IMG/VR virus record: IMGVR_UViG_3300013233_000167
Span: 1 to 64,000 of that record
Source of the DNA: a virus
Strand: one strand, 5' to 3'
Length of the DNA stretch: 64,000 nucleotides
The notes beneath the pieces were generated by a model. The model was not told the DNA's origin, made no database searches, and was given only the letters and a program-made list of their open reading frames with translations. The translations under genes and the position numbers were made by a program. Positions 37,679-47,147 of the stretch are shown piece after piece (the first letter of the stretch is position 1; each line of letters opens with the position of its first letter).

Positions 37679-39736
37679 TCAACTGTCGTCCTCATCCTCC
37701 AGGTCCGCCGACACGCCTTTCTTGTCGAGCAGGTACTTCTCCACACCCCCGGCCAACGACACCGCCTTGAGGGCAGCGTTCGCGCCGGAGCAGAAGCCCG
37801 GGTCACCCATGCGGTCGAACCAGTCGCCCCGCTTGAAGGCCCCGTCGGACCACGGGACGAGGATTCTCCCCGGTCCCTTGGCCTTCTTGATGATCCCGGC
37901 TTCGGTCAGCAGGTGTTGAGCGGTCAGCTCCACGCTCGGCCCGTGCGTGAAGTCCAGCACCCACTCCGTCCGCCGGTGAGGCGGCGCGAGTCGGCACTTG
38001 TCCGTGATGGTGGAGATCTTGTAGCCGGTGGGCGCGATGCCCTTCGCACGCTTCGCGGGCAGCCTGCCGATCACCCGATTCGCCACCCGCTGAGACGCCG
38101 CGAACTTCACGGCCCGGCCTCCAGTCGTGTCGGTCTGCGGGCCACCCCAGCTAGAGAAGCCTCCGATCTTCGAGCGGTTCTGGTTGATCCACATGACGTG
38201 GGCGCGGACCTTGGCGATCTCCCGAAACATCTTGCGGCAGCCCTTCGACATGATTCGCGCGTGGAGGCCAACGAACGAGTCTGTCATCTTCCCCTCCAAC
38301 TCGTCCTTCGGCACAGCCGCCGCGATCGAGTCCCACACGATAAGCGTCGGTGCGCCGGGGTCGCGGGTCTTGAGGTCGTTTAGGATCGCCCACGTCGCCT
38401 CCCAGCCCTCTTCCGCGTGCGCGGGCGCGAGGTAGATGAGACGCTCCGGGTCGATGCCGACGTTAGCCATCTTCGCAGCGTCGAGCGCGACCTCGTAGTC
38501 GAGAAGCACCGGGATACCGCCCGTCCGCTGACACTGACGAATCGCCATGTGCGCAAGCGCCGACTTGCCGCAGTTGTGGATCACAAGACCCTCAGCGATG
38601 TAGTTGCGGTACGGGTCCTCCATCTTGATGTCGTAGGTAGGCTTGATACCGACCGGAGTGATCGACACCACGCGGTCCTCCACGACCACGTACCTAAGAT
38701 TGCTGTCAGTCTCTAACGCATGTTCGCGGTTGTGCGCATCACCATCCACGACGACGAGGTTGTCTCTGTCGTCGTTCGACCAGTCCTCGTCGATATGGTG
38801 GACGTGCTGATCGGGGCGTAGGAACTTCATGTCGAAGAAGTCATCCGCGTCGAGACGGGCCTTGTACTCGTCGAGCGTCAGGCCGTTCATCTCGGCCTCG
38901 ATGATGGCGCGAGACATCGACGGCTGTGCAGCCCTCGCTCTCGCGTGGTTCGGATGAAATCTGACCGACAAATGCTTTCGGAAGTTTGATCTGGAAGCGG
39001 GGTCGTCGGACTGCCAATGCGTCTGGTTGTGCAAGTACAGCACGTCACCAACCGACACCTCCTCCAACGAACGGTAGCGACCCCCTACGTACATCTTGTG
39101 ATCGAGCGTCGCTGTTAGCTGCGCACCTGACTCGGTAACGACTTCCAAGCACTCGCGCTCTCCGGTCTTCACCACGTCAATGATCCGCGATTGCACGATG
39201 CGATGATCGTCGTTCATCGCAGGCGCGTGGAACGTCGCACCTTCGGGTGCAAAGCGATTCTTGCCCTTGCCCGGCACCGCGATTCGATGGAAGCGTTCGT
39301 ACAGACGCTCGATCGTTCCGCCCTTGCAGTTGATGAGTTTCCCGTCCGCTTGACGCACCTGATAGCCGATGAACGTCTCGGCCCAAGAGCATCCTTCGTC
39401 TCCGTACACCTCACTCGCACGCCCAACTGCCCAGCCGCCACCAAGCACGCGGTCAAGATCTGGGAAGCCTGACGGGATCCACTCCTTCACTTCGGAGAGC
39501 GAGTCTGCTTGTCCCAACACCGTCACCACGCTGTCGGTCTTCGTGCCGAGACGCTTCTTGATGGCCTTGACCATCGAGTCGGTATCGGACGGCTTCGCCT
39601 TGCGCGAGGTCTTCTTCTTCTTACTCGCGGCTGCGCCGGACTTTGCGGGCGACCTTCTTGCGTCCTTTTTTCTTGACGGTCTTTTTGCGGCCGTCTTTGC
39701 GGCGTGGGAAGTCTTCGCTTTGTCCTTGAGGCCCAT
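37679..39736 (-). CDS. recA: RecA/UvsX recombinase with intein
   Basis: SGFPDLDRVLGGG, spliced P-loop GDEG-CGKS, LDYE, VWDSIAA, INQ.R, TGGRAVKF. Confidence 0.93.
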   Translation of the reverse strand: MGLKDKAKTSHAAKTAAKRPSRKKDARRSPAKSGAAASKKKKTSRKAKPSDTDSMVKAIKKRLGTKTDSVVTVLGQADSLSEVKEWIPSGFPDLDRVLGGGWAVGRASEVYGDEGCSWAETFIGYQVRQADGKLINCKGGTIERLYERFHRIAVPGKGKNRFAPEGATFHAPAMNDDHRIVQSRIIDVVKTGERECLEVVTESGAQLTATLDHKMYVGGRYRSLEEVSVGDVLYLHNQTHWQSDDPASRSNFRKHLSVRFHPNHARARAAQPSMSRAIIEAEMNGLTLDEYKARLDADDFFDMKFLRPDQHVHHIDEDWSNDDRDNLVVVDGDAHNREHALETDSNLRYVVVEDRVVSITPVGIKPTYDIKMEDPYRNYIAEGLVIHNCGKSALAHMAIRQCQRTGGIPVLLDYEVALDAAKMANVGIDPERLIYLAPAHAEEGWEATWAILNDLKTRDPGAPTLIVWDSIAAAVPKDELEGKMTDSFVGLHARIMSKGCRKMFREIAKVRAHVMWINQNRSKIGGFSSWGGPQTDTTGGRAVKFAASQRVANRVIGRLPAKRAKGIAPTGYKISTITDKCRLAPPHRRTEWVLDFTHGPSVELTAQHLLTEAGIIKKAKGPGRILVPWSDGAFKRGDWFDRMGDPGFCSGANAALKAVSLAGGVEKYLLDKKGVSADLEDEDDS
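38573..39391 (-). mobile_element. intein (273 aa) with HNH motif in the RecA P-loop
   Basis: EG|CSWAET...TLDHK...HVHHIDEDWSNDDRDNL....HNREH...TYDIKM...VIHN|CGKS. Confidence 0.93.
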
Positions 39737-40001
39737 GCTCTATCACCTTCTCGCAGTGCTTGATGAGTCGCGTCGTGCTCACGTCGAGCAATGGTTGCAA
39801 CTCAGCTCGGTCTTGAATCTCACAGAGAACAGCGCGGCGCAGCTCAACGTACAGAATGCGGTCGATCTCGTCGCGCTCCACTTCCGGCTCGTCCCCAAGC
39901 GTGCGCGTCAGCGATACCGACGGCTTGAAGGAGTCGTACTGCGAGATCCAGATCACCGCGCCTCGGCGCACCGTGATCGTGTCGCCTGCTCGTAGTGCCA
40001 T
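39621..40001 (-). CDS. hypothetical protein with basic tail overlapping the recA start
   Basis: Coherent N-terminal domain; 116-nt overlap with recA. Confidence 0.65.
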   Translation of the reverse strand: MALRAGDTITVRRGAVIWISQYDSFKPSVSLTRTLGDEPEVERDEIDRILYVELRRAVLCEIQDRAELQPLLDVSTTRLIKHCEKVIEHGPQGQSEDFPRRKDGRKKTVKKKGRKKVARKVRRSRE

Positions 40002-40083
40002 GCCGTTCTTGAAGGGTAGTGGGTGACCCCGCTCTACCGATGGTTCAGCAGTTCGAGGTCACCCGGGGAGGGGAGGGTCAGTC

Positions 40084-41442
40084 TCACTTACCTCGACGAG
40101 TCGTCTTCTTTGACGCCTTATTCTTCGTAGCGGCCTTCTTCTTGGTCGCGGCCTTCGACTTGGCCGGAGACTTTTTCTTGGTCGCGGCCTTCGACTTGGC
40201 CGGAGACTTCTTGCGGATCTGAGTCGCGGCCTTCGGGCGACGCGGCATCGACTTCTTAGCGGCGGCCTTCTTCTTGGAAGCCTTCTTATTGGAAGCCTTC
40301 TTATTGGAAGCCTTCTTCTTGCCGCGACGCACAGCCGGTTCGGCCTCTTCGGGTTCATCTTCCTCTTCCGGCTCCGGCTCCTCTTCTTCCTCGACGATCT
40401 CCACGTCGTCCACGTCCATCATCCACGGATCGTCGGGATCGTCATCTTCGCCGAGGATCACCAATAGGTACTCGCCTTCGTTGTCCGGGTCTTCGCCCCA
40501 GGACTGAACAACGCCTTGCGCCTCTTCCTCTTCGCCGTCCTCATCCTCGACCGTGAAGCTCACGACGGTCGAACCGAACTCGATCCCCTCGGGCGGGTCT
40601 TCGAGCATGTCCTCTTCGCCTTCGTCGGCCTCTTCTTCTTCGGCCTCTTCTTCTTCGTCCTCTTCTTCTTCGTCCTCTTCTTCTTCGTCCTCTTCTTCTT
40701 CGGCGTCGGCGTCGTCAGTCTCGCCGCCTTCCGCGAGGGCTTCGAGGTCAGCCATGAACTCCTCGGGGATCTCCTCGTTGGTGAGCCCCTCGTACGCGGC
40801 GATATAGTCCTCCAGGTCGAACGGGAAGAAATGGGTCGCCTGATCGAACGTGTGCGACAGCTCGACTAGACGCTCGTACAAGTCCTCGTCATCGACGATG
40901 GGCTCGGGATCCATCTTGTCCGGCTTCCATTCAGTATTGACGCCCTTGCCCTCTTTCTTGAGCAGGATATCGCGGCCGGAGTCAGCGTCCGTGATATCTT
41001 CGCCGTAGTCGTCATCGACGATCAGATCGACGATGTACTGATACACCTTGTAGGGCAGGCGGAAAATGCGCAAGTTCGGATTCGAGGCCGTACCCTCGTC
41101 ACCGCGCACGATGCAAGGAGTCCAATACTCCGACGAGCGGTTGCAGTATTCCTTCGCTTGATCCTTCTCCGACTTCTCACCCGTCTGATAGATCTCGTCG
41201 AGGCGATCCCAAAGCGGGTCTTTGACACCGAACGTGCACGGAGCAGTGACGCTCTTCTTCATCTCCTTGATGTAGAACGACTTGAATTCCTTCGCCGGGT
41301 CTTCTCCGTGGCAAGGCAAGAGACGTAGCCGTCCCTTCGTCCAGTCTTTTTTGTCGATCACCACACCCTTACGGGTCAGTGCTTTTTTTCGGCCTAGCAT
41401 CTTCTCGCGGAATGCCGCGCTGCTCTTCTTCGCTTTCACCAT
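40084..41442 (-). CDS. single-stranded DNA-binding protein (gp32-like) with acidic and basic tails
   Basis: RLRLLP, YW.PCIVRG, DITDADSGRDILLKKEGKG..TEW; sits between UvsY-like and recA genes. Confidence 0.75.
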   Translation of the reverse strand: MVKAKKSSAAFREKMLGRKKALTRKGVVIDKKDWTKGRLRLLPCHGEDPAKEFKSFYIKEMKKSVTAPCTFGVKDPLWDRLDEIYQTGEKSEKDQAKEYCNRSSEYWTPCIVRGDEGTASNPNLRIFRLPYKVYQYIVDLIVDDDYGEDITDADSGRDILLKKEGKGVNTEWKPDKMDPEPIVDDEDLYERLVELSHTFDQATHFFPFDLEDYIAAYEGLTNEEIPEEFMADLEALAEGGETDDADAEEEEDEEEEDEEEEDEEEEAEEEEADEGEEDMLEDPPEGIEFGSTVVSFTVEDEDGEEEEAQGVVQSWGEDPDNEGEYLLVILGEDDDPDDPWMMDVDDVEIVEEEEEPEPEEEDEPEEAEPAVRRGKKKASNKKASNKKASKKKAAAKKSMPRRPKAATQIRKKSPAKSKAATKKKSPAKSKAATKKKAATKNKASKKTTRRGK

Positions 41443-41514
41443 GTCTCGTTGTCCTCGCTTCGTGTTGTAGAATCGCGCTGTGCCCTGTCGAACGCCGAGG
41501 CGCTACTTGTCGGG

Positions 41515-42015
41515 CTAGGTTGATTCGCTTTTTCCGATGAGCGTCCGAACCATTGAGACCCGGTGGTTGACCGCATCCCGCACAGCTCGAACCGCACCAT
41601 ATTCCTTCTTCCTAGCACGAAGCGCAATCCTAAAGGACCTAATTTTTGAGTCCTGATTCAGCCTCGCCCGGATCATCGCTTCGGTGGGCTCCACACACTC
41701 GTCGTGCTCGTACCAGTGCCGATACACGAGGTACTGCCGCCCCTCCTCCCGGTCATAACGCTCCTCGGCCTTTCGCAGCCGTTCGAGCGCACGCTCTGTC
41801 TGGTAGCCCCAAAACGCACACTGCGCCGGGGCCTTCCGTCCCGCCTCCCACAGATCCTCGGGATCGGTCGGGATGCCCAGCACCTCCTGCATGTCAAAGG
41901 TGACGGTCTCGCCGTTCTCCAGCCGCACCTGGAGGGACTCCACGTCGCTCAGCGTGTCGGCCGCGTTGCGCAGCACCACCGCTTTCGTGCGCTGACTCTT
42001 CCTACGTGCAGGCAT
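41515..42015 (-). CDS. UvsY-like recombination mediator
   Basis: Long helical protein with PTEAMIRARL..D; located beside SSB. Confidence 0.55.
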   Translation of the reverse strand: MPARRKSQRTKAVVLRNAADTLSDVESLQVRLENGETVTFDMQEVLGIPTDPEDLWEAGRKAPAQCAFWGYQTERALERLRKAEERYDREEGRQYLVYRHWYEHDECVEPTEAMIRARLNQDSKIRSFRIALRARKKEYGAVRAVRDAVNHRVSMVRTLIGKSEST

Positions 42016-42418
42016 CGGCGTCCGTGAGGGCGAGCAGTTCATCCGCCGTGTACTGCGCGTACTGCGCCAACCAGCCGTTCGTGAACACCGTCTCGATGTC
42101 GTCGTCGGCAGGCAGCCTCTCGATCAACGAGGGGATACGTTCGGGGTGTTCCGAGTGTCGGAACACGAGCGCGAGCCAATCACACACAGGCGCGCGCGAA
42201 CTCGAAGTCAGTCGGTCCGCGAACCCTTCCAACACGCCCACGTCGAGACCTTGGTACAGAAAGACGCTGCTCGTGATCGTCGTACGAAGCGCCATGACCT
42301 CCGCGAACTTCCCGCACGTCATGTTGTCGCGCAGCAACAGGTACACGAACGCAACGAGTCGTCGGCGGTCTGCGACGGTGCCAGACGCTTGCGCGAGCGC
42401 AGCCCTGCGTTCCGGCAT
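42002..42418 (-). CDS. hypothetical protein
   Basis: LVAFVYLLLRD...FTNGWLAQYA. Confidence 0.65.
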   Translation of the reverse strand: MPERRAALAQASGTVADRRRLVAFVYLLLRDNMTCGKFAEVMALRTTITSSVFLYQGLDVGVLEGFADRLTSSSRAPVCDWLALVFRHSEHPERIPSLIERLPADDDIETVFTNGWLAQYAQYTADELLALTDADACT

Positions 42419-42441
42419 CCGCGACACAACGCCCTCTCGAC

Positions 42442-45378
42442 CTATGCGTCCAGCTTGGCTTCCATCTTCTTCCACAGCTCCTCCTCGTCGAAGTCGTCGG
42501 GATCGAACCCAACGAGAGTCTTCCAGTTCACGCCGATCTCGCAATCGGAGACGATCGGCACCTTGAGCCACGACCAGTCGAGGCCGGGCAGAACTTCCGC
42601 TGACAGCTCGACGACGTGCTCCATGACGTACTTGGCGAGCGCCATCACCTCGTACGCCTCATCGACATATAGGTCGAATATGATGGAATCGTGCACGGTC
42701 AGGATCATCTTCGAGAGGTAGCCCTTCTCCTGCATCTCGTTCCAGATCAGCACGAGCGACATGAGCGTCATCTCGGACGCGCCGTTCTGCACCGGGAAGT
42801 TGACGGACTGTCGGAGCGCACGCGAGACGATCTGATCGTCCTCGCTGAACACCTCGGGGATGCGGCGGCGTCGGCCCGTGAAGCTCTCCAGATAGCCGGA
42901 CGCGCACACTTCGGCCTCCAGGGCCTCGATGCCCGCCTTGAGCTTCGGACGCACCTCGAAGTACCGCTCGACCAACGCCTCGCACTCGTCCAGGCTAAGG
43001 AAATCGCCTTCCTTGCGCAGCGCGGCCTGGAGGGCCGGGGGTCCTCCTCCGTACAGGATTCCGAAGTTGATCCGCTTGGCCTGCGTGCGGCGTCGTTTCT
43101 GCTCGTGTGAGTCGAGAGCCTCGTACTGCTCCTTCGTCATGCTGAACAGGTCGAGCGCCGTGTTGAGGTGCATATCCTCTCCACGGATGTACGTGTCGAT
43201 CATCGCCGTCTCGTTGAAGAGACTCGCGGCGACGCGCAGCTCGACCTGCGAATAATCAGCCTGACCGATCAGCCCCTCGTCACCGAAGCGCGACACGTAC
43301 GCTGACTTGATGAGCGCGCCGCCCTTGTTCGGGATGTTCTGTAGGTTGGGATCGTCCGACGACAGGCGGCCCGTCACCGTTCCGTGGATGTTGAAGTTGC
43401 CGTGGATGCGTCCGAACGGATCGAGGTTGTACTTGAGCGGCTTGACGAACGTGCCGAACAGCGTCTCGGCCTCACGGTATTGAAGGATGAGAGGGCACAG
43501 CTCGTTGCCGTTGCGCTCAAGCTCGTGCAGCACCTCCGCATCCGTGGAGAACAGGTTCCACTCTTCCGCCTTTACGGACGCGCGCACTGACGACTGAAAG
43601 CGCGGCTTCGATCCTTTGCGCTTCGCGCGCCACTTCGCCACGGCGTTGTTGTAGCGGAGCGCCACGCGCTCGCGTCCGCCTTTCGTCAGGTGGATGGGCG
43701 TCTCTCCCATGATCCCGAACAGCACTTGCTGTAGCTGTGGTCCCGAGCCCGGGTTGAATACACCCGCGTCGCCGATCTTGTTCGGGTCGCTCGCGTAGTC
43801 CTTGACCTCCGGGAACTCCGCGACCTCCTGCCGCTTCACCGCCATCTCCGTCGTGTACTTCTCGTCGAGCAGCTCCACAACGTCGGGGTCGATCTGCGCG
43901 CCCTCGAACTCCATGTCGGCCAACGCAGCCGACAGCGCAGGCAGGAACGTCTCGGCAAGCATCTGTAGCTGCGGGTTCGACGTGTAGTCGGGATGCTCAA
44001 GGAGCGCATCGTCCACGCGAAGCGTCACGTCGGCGTCCATCGCCGCATACGGGAACAGGATGTCGCCCGGGATGTTGGCGAAGCTGCCTCCGCGTTTCGG
44101 GTTGGCCTCGGGGTGAGTGGCCCGGTACTGCCCCATCGGCTCGTCGTAGCCGCCCATGCCCGTGAAGCCGTACGCGAGCTGCTTCAAGCCGTGCGTACCC
44201 TTGCGCTCATCGAGGACGAGGTGCGTGAGCATCGTGTCTCGGTAGTTGACGAGCGCATAGCCGGTCGCCTCCAGCATGTGCTTGTGATCGAACTTGCCGT
44301 TCTGGAGCACCTTCTCAATCTCGGGGTCTTCGAGCAGCCCTCCGATCAGCTCGAACAACTCCTCGCGCTCGTGCTCCATCGGTCCGCCGATGCGCCACGG
44401 ACTGTCCTGGTGATCGAGCGGAATCACGTATGCCTCGCCGACGCGGTTGGTGAGCGAGAAGCACAGGAGCGCCGGGAACTCAGTTTGGAACCAGTAGAGC
44501 GAGCCCGTCTCGGTATCTACCGCGACCTTGGTGCCGTCCTCGCGGTAGAAGTCGATCAGCTCGCGCACGCCGTCAAGCGTGTCGAGCACGAAGTATTCAC
44601 CCTCGCCCGGCAGCGACTCGTAGTCACCGAGAGCCACGTCGCGCACCATCTCGAACGCCTCGATGAAGCGCGGCATCTCGTGGTCCATCCGACACACGTA
44701 CGCAGGGTGAATGCACGCCACTACCTTGATGTCCTCGAACCCCTCGATCGAGCAGTCGAGTACACGGCCGTTGAACGTCGTGATGCCTGTCTGTCCCGTC
44801 AGGTACTCAAGCGCCACGCCGCCGAGCGCGACCAACACCTTTGGCTTGCGCGCCTTGATCTCTCGATAGAGATGCGGAAGGCAGCTCTGCGCAATCGTCT
44901 TGCCCGGCTTCTTGTTGCGAGGCGGGCGACAGCGCGCGATGTTCGTGAAGCCAAACTGACTCTTGCTCAGCAGAGCATCGCCCTTGTCGTCAACCGTAGT
45001 GTCGCACAGCGCCTCGATGGCTCCTCGCAGCAACGTGCCCGACTGACCCACGAACGGCGTCGCGGTCTTGTCCTCGTTCGCGCCCGGAGCTTCGCCGACG
45101 CATAGGACATCCACTGGCGACCAACCGTCTTCCTGCACGCAGCGGTTGCGTACTGCGTGGCCCTCGGGCTCTTTGGCAAGGATCTTCTCCGCGTCGCGGT
45201 TGTAATCGCCGCCGCACGGAAAGTCCGGGCTCCACGGGAACAGCGGACACCACCGACACCCAGACTTCGGCTCATCGCCCGGCAAGACCAACGGTCGTGT
45301 CGCCGATATGACCTTCGTGCGAGCCTTCGTCTTGAGACCTACACGCCGGACTTTTCGCTTCCGGCGAGTGGTCGTCAC
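42442..45378 (-). CDS. polA: family A DNA polymerase with N-terminal family-4 uracil-DNA glycosylase domain
   Basis: UDG: CRWC, GEAPGANED, PFVG, CRPP, HPAY; exonuclease: DTET, NGKFD, YAAMD; polymerase: TGRLSS, DYSQVELR, AKRINFGILYG, VHDS. Confidence 0.95.
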   Translation of the reverse strand: MTTTRRKRKVRRVGLKTKARTKVISATRPLVLPGDEPKSGCRWCPLFPWSPDFPCGGDYNRDAEKILAKEPEGHAVRNRCVQEDGWSPVDVLCVGEAPGANEDKTATPFVGQSGTLLRGAIEALCDTTVDDKGDALLSKSQFGFTNIARCRPPRNKKPGKTIAQSCLPHLYREIKARKPKVLVALGGVALEYLTGQTGITTFNGRVLDCSIEGFEDIKVVACIHPAYVCRMDHEMPRFIEAFEMVRDVALGDYESLPGEGEYFVLDTLDGVRELIDFYREDGTKVAVDTETGSLYWFQTEFPALLCFSLTNRVGEAYVIPLDHQDSPWRIGGPMEHEREELFELIGGLLEDPEIEKVLQNGKFDHKHMLEATGYALVNYRDTMLTHLVLDERKGTHGLKQLAYGFTGMGGYDEPMGQYRATHPEANPKRGGSFANIPGDILFPYAAMDADVTLRVDDALLEHPDYTSNPQLQMLAETFLPALSAALADMEFEGAQIDPDVVELLDEKYTTEMAVKRQEVAEFPEVKDYASDPNKIGDAGVFNPGSGPQLQQVLFGIMGETPIHLTKGGRERVALRYNNAVAKWRAKRKGSKPRFQSSVRASVKAEEWNLFSTDAEVLHELERNGNELCPLILQYREAETLFGTFVKPLKYNLDPFGRIHGNFNIHGTVTGRLSSDDPNLQNIPNKGGALIKSAYVSRFGDEGLIGQADYSQVELRVAASLFNETAMIDTYIRGEDMHLNTALDLFSMTKEQYEALDSHEQKRRRTQAKRINFGILYGGGPPALQAALRKEGDFLSLDECEALVERYFEVRPKLKAGIEALEAEVCASGYLESFTGRRRRIPEVFSEDDQIVSRALRQSVNFPVQNGASEMTLMSLVLIWNEMQEKGYLSKMILTVHDSIIFDLYVDEAYEVMALAKYVMEHVVELSAEVLPGLDWSWLKVPIVSDCEIGVNWKTLVGFDPDDFDEEELWKKMEAKLDA

Positions 45379-45593
45379 TTCGGAAACCTCGGTCGCGGCA
45401 GCAAGTGAACCGCCGCGCGTTCAGCATGACGCTCGTAGCACAAGAGTCTCAGCCCACAGTCTCGACACGCAGCGCACCGTTCCGGTCTGGAGAAGCACTG
45501 CGGGGCGATGACGGGCGTGTCGAGCATCACTTTCAACGTCGTCCCTCCAACGTCTGCGGTGTCCTCATCGAACGGTCGCTGGCGCTTGGACAT
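45375..45593 (-). CDS. small Cys-rich protein
   Basis: PQCF...CAAC..C....C; GGAGGAG RBS. Confidence 0.55.
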   Translation of the reverse strand: MSKRQRPFDEDTADVGGTTLKVMLDTPVIAPQCFSRPERCAACRDCGLRLLCYERHAERAAVHLLPRPRFPK

Positions 45594-45901
45594 TTCTGAT
45601 ACTCCTCCTCTCCCGTAGCCGCGCGCTTGACGATGAACGCCCCCGTCGCCATGACCTTCGACTTCAAGCGCACAAGGCTCCACGCAGAGTCGGCACGCGA
45701 GATCACGGCCGTCTCCGTCACGGTGAGCGCCGTCGCACCCTGCTCGTCCCGACTGAGCATCCGCACCGCGAACACGCAGCCTTGGTCGAGCTTGAAGACC
45801 TGGAAGCGTCTTGGTCTCGGATTCGGCTCTTCCGTCGTGGCCGGTGGTAGGTGGTCGAGGAGATCACCAGCTTCAATCAGGTCCCATTCGTCGTCTCGCA
45901 T
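45533..45901 (-). CDS. hypothetical protein
   Basis: Co-directional ORF. Confidence 0.5.
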   Translation of the reverse strand: MRDDEWDLIEAGDLLDHLPPATTEEPNPRPRRFQVFKLDQGCVFAVRMLSRDEQGATALTVTETAVISRADSAWSLVRLKSKVMATGAFIVKRAATGEEEYQKCPSASDRSMRTPQTLEGRR

Positions 45902-45981
45902 TGGATCGTGGATGTTAGCGGTCTATAGGTGTTTTTGCCAGCAGCGCGGGGAGAAACCCCAATACCCACTAGATGTGGTGG

Positions 45982-47001
45982 TCAGTCGTGCGTGAGGCGC
46001 GCTCGGATGCGGTCACTCAGCGTCGGGGCAGCCTTGCGGGTGTGCATGAGCGCAGGCAGTTCGTCCCTGCGGGAGCACGGATCGCCGTGGTCGAAGTACA
46101 GCACCGTGATCTTCGGCACCCGGTCGCGCAGCAGCGCCGCGATCTCATCGACCTTCGCGCCTGTACCCGGGTCGAGGTTGATGACCAGTTCTTCGAGCCC
46201 GTGCTCTACCAGCCGCTCGATGAGCGCCGCCTGCGCATGACTCATCTCCTTGCCCATGAGCGCGAGCGCGTGCTTGTGCGCCGCGCAGTCCGTCGGACCC
46301 TCGACGAGAGCCACGACCTTCGCGCCCTTCACGCCGTCGTAGTTGAGCAGGCAGTGCTCGCGGCTGTAGTAACCTTCGCGCTTCGGCGGGTTCTTGCTCT
46401 TGACGCTGTGCTTGCCGCAGTAGCGCGTCGTCCAGTACACACGCAGCCCGTCCACCATGACGGGGAAGAGCAGGTAGCCCGAGTAGTCAAGGTCGCTGTA
46501 CTGCGCACCGCTCGGGCAGTAGTGCACGTCCATGCGCTCCGCGTCGTCCATGTCGAATCCGCGCTTCTCCCAATAGGAGAGCGCACGCTTCCACGGATAC
46601 TTCGTGACATCGACCTTCGACAGCGCGCGCGTACCGCGAGGCAGTCGGTGACGACGCAGATGCGAGGTAGCTTCGTCGCGGCGCTTCGTCAGCAACCCCT
46701 TCACGGTCTTCTTCACCGACTCGATTACGAGCGGCGGCTCTTTGCGAAGAATGACGCGCTCCATCGGCTTGATGAAGCCGCCGTTGATGTAGCGAAAGAG
46801 CTGCTCCAGGTTGCGGAACTTGAAGTCGCATCGGAAGCAACGGCCCTTCTGCCGCACGAGGTTGACGGCGAACTTCCTCTTGTCGCTGTCGGTGCCGATG
46901 CGGTCGATGCACGCCGGGCAGTGAAACGTGTACTCGGGGCCATTGCCGGAGTGTCGTCCGAGTCGCAGGTCGAGATACGAGAGGATCGTGTATCGCTTCA
47001 T
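45982..47001 (-). CDS. DNA primase
   Basis: Zn finger CPAC...CFRC; TOPRIM VEGPTD and NLDP; adjacent to the helicase. Confidence 0.9.
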   Translation of the reverse strand: MKRYTILSYLDLRLGRHSGNGPEYTFHCPACIDRIGTDSDKRKFAVNLVRQKGRCFRCDFKFRNLEQLFRYINGGFIKPMERVILRKEPPLVIESVKKTVKGLLTKRRDEATSHLRRHRLPRGTRALSKVDVTKYPWKRALSYWEKRGFDMDDAERMDVHYCPSGAQYSDLDYSGYLLFPVMVDGLRVYWTTRYCGKHSVKSKNPPKREGYYSREHCLLNYDGVKGAKVVALVEGPTDCAAHKHALALMGKEMSHAQAALIERLVEHGLEELVINLDPGTGAKVDEIAALLRDRVPKITVLYFDHGDPCSRRDELPALMHTRKAAPTLSDRIRARLTHD

Positions 47002-47144
47002 CCCTCTTGTGATATCCCAGCATCCACCAACTCCAACGCTAACTTCCGCGATATTGAAATCGAAAATGTGTCACCACCGACAGTCACAAACAGTTTCCAA
47101 CAACCAAACGTACGCGCAGTACCTACCGACAATCTACATTCCAT
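46998..47144 (-). CDS. small low-GC protein (48 aa, not in the ORF track)
   Basis: MECRLSVGTARTFGCWKLFVTVGGDTFSISISRKLALELVDAGISQEG fills the helicase-primase gap; ATGA overlap. Confidence 0.5.
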   Translation of the reverse strand: MECRLSVGTARTFGCWKLFVTVGGDTFSISISRKLALELVDAGISQEG

Positions 47145-47147
47145 AAG

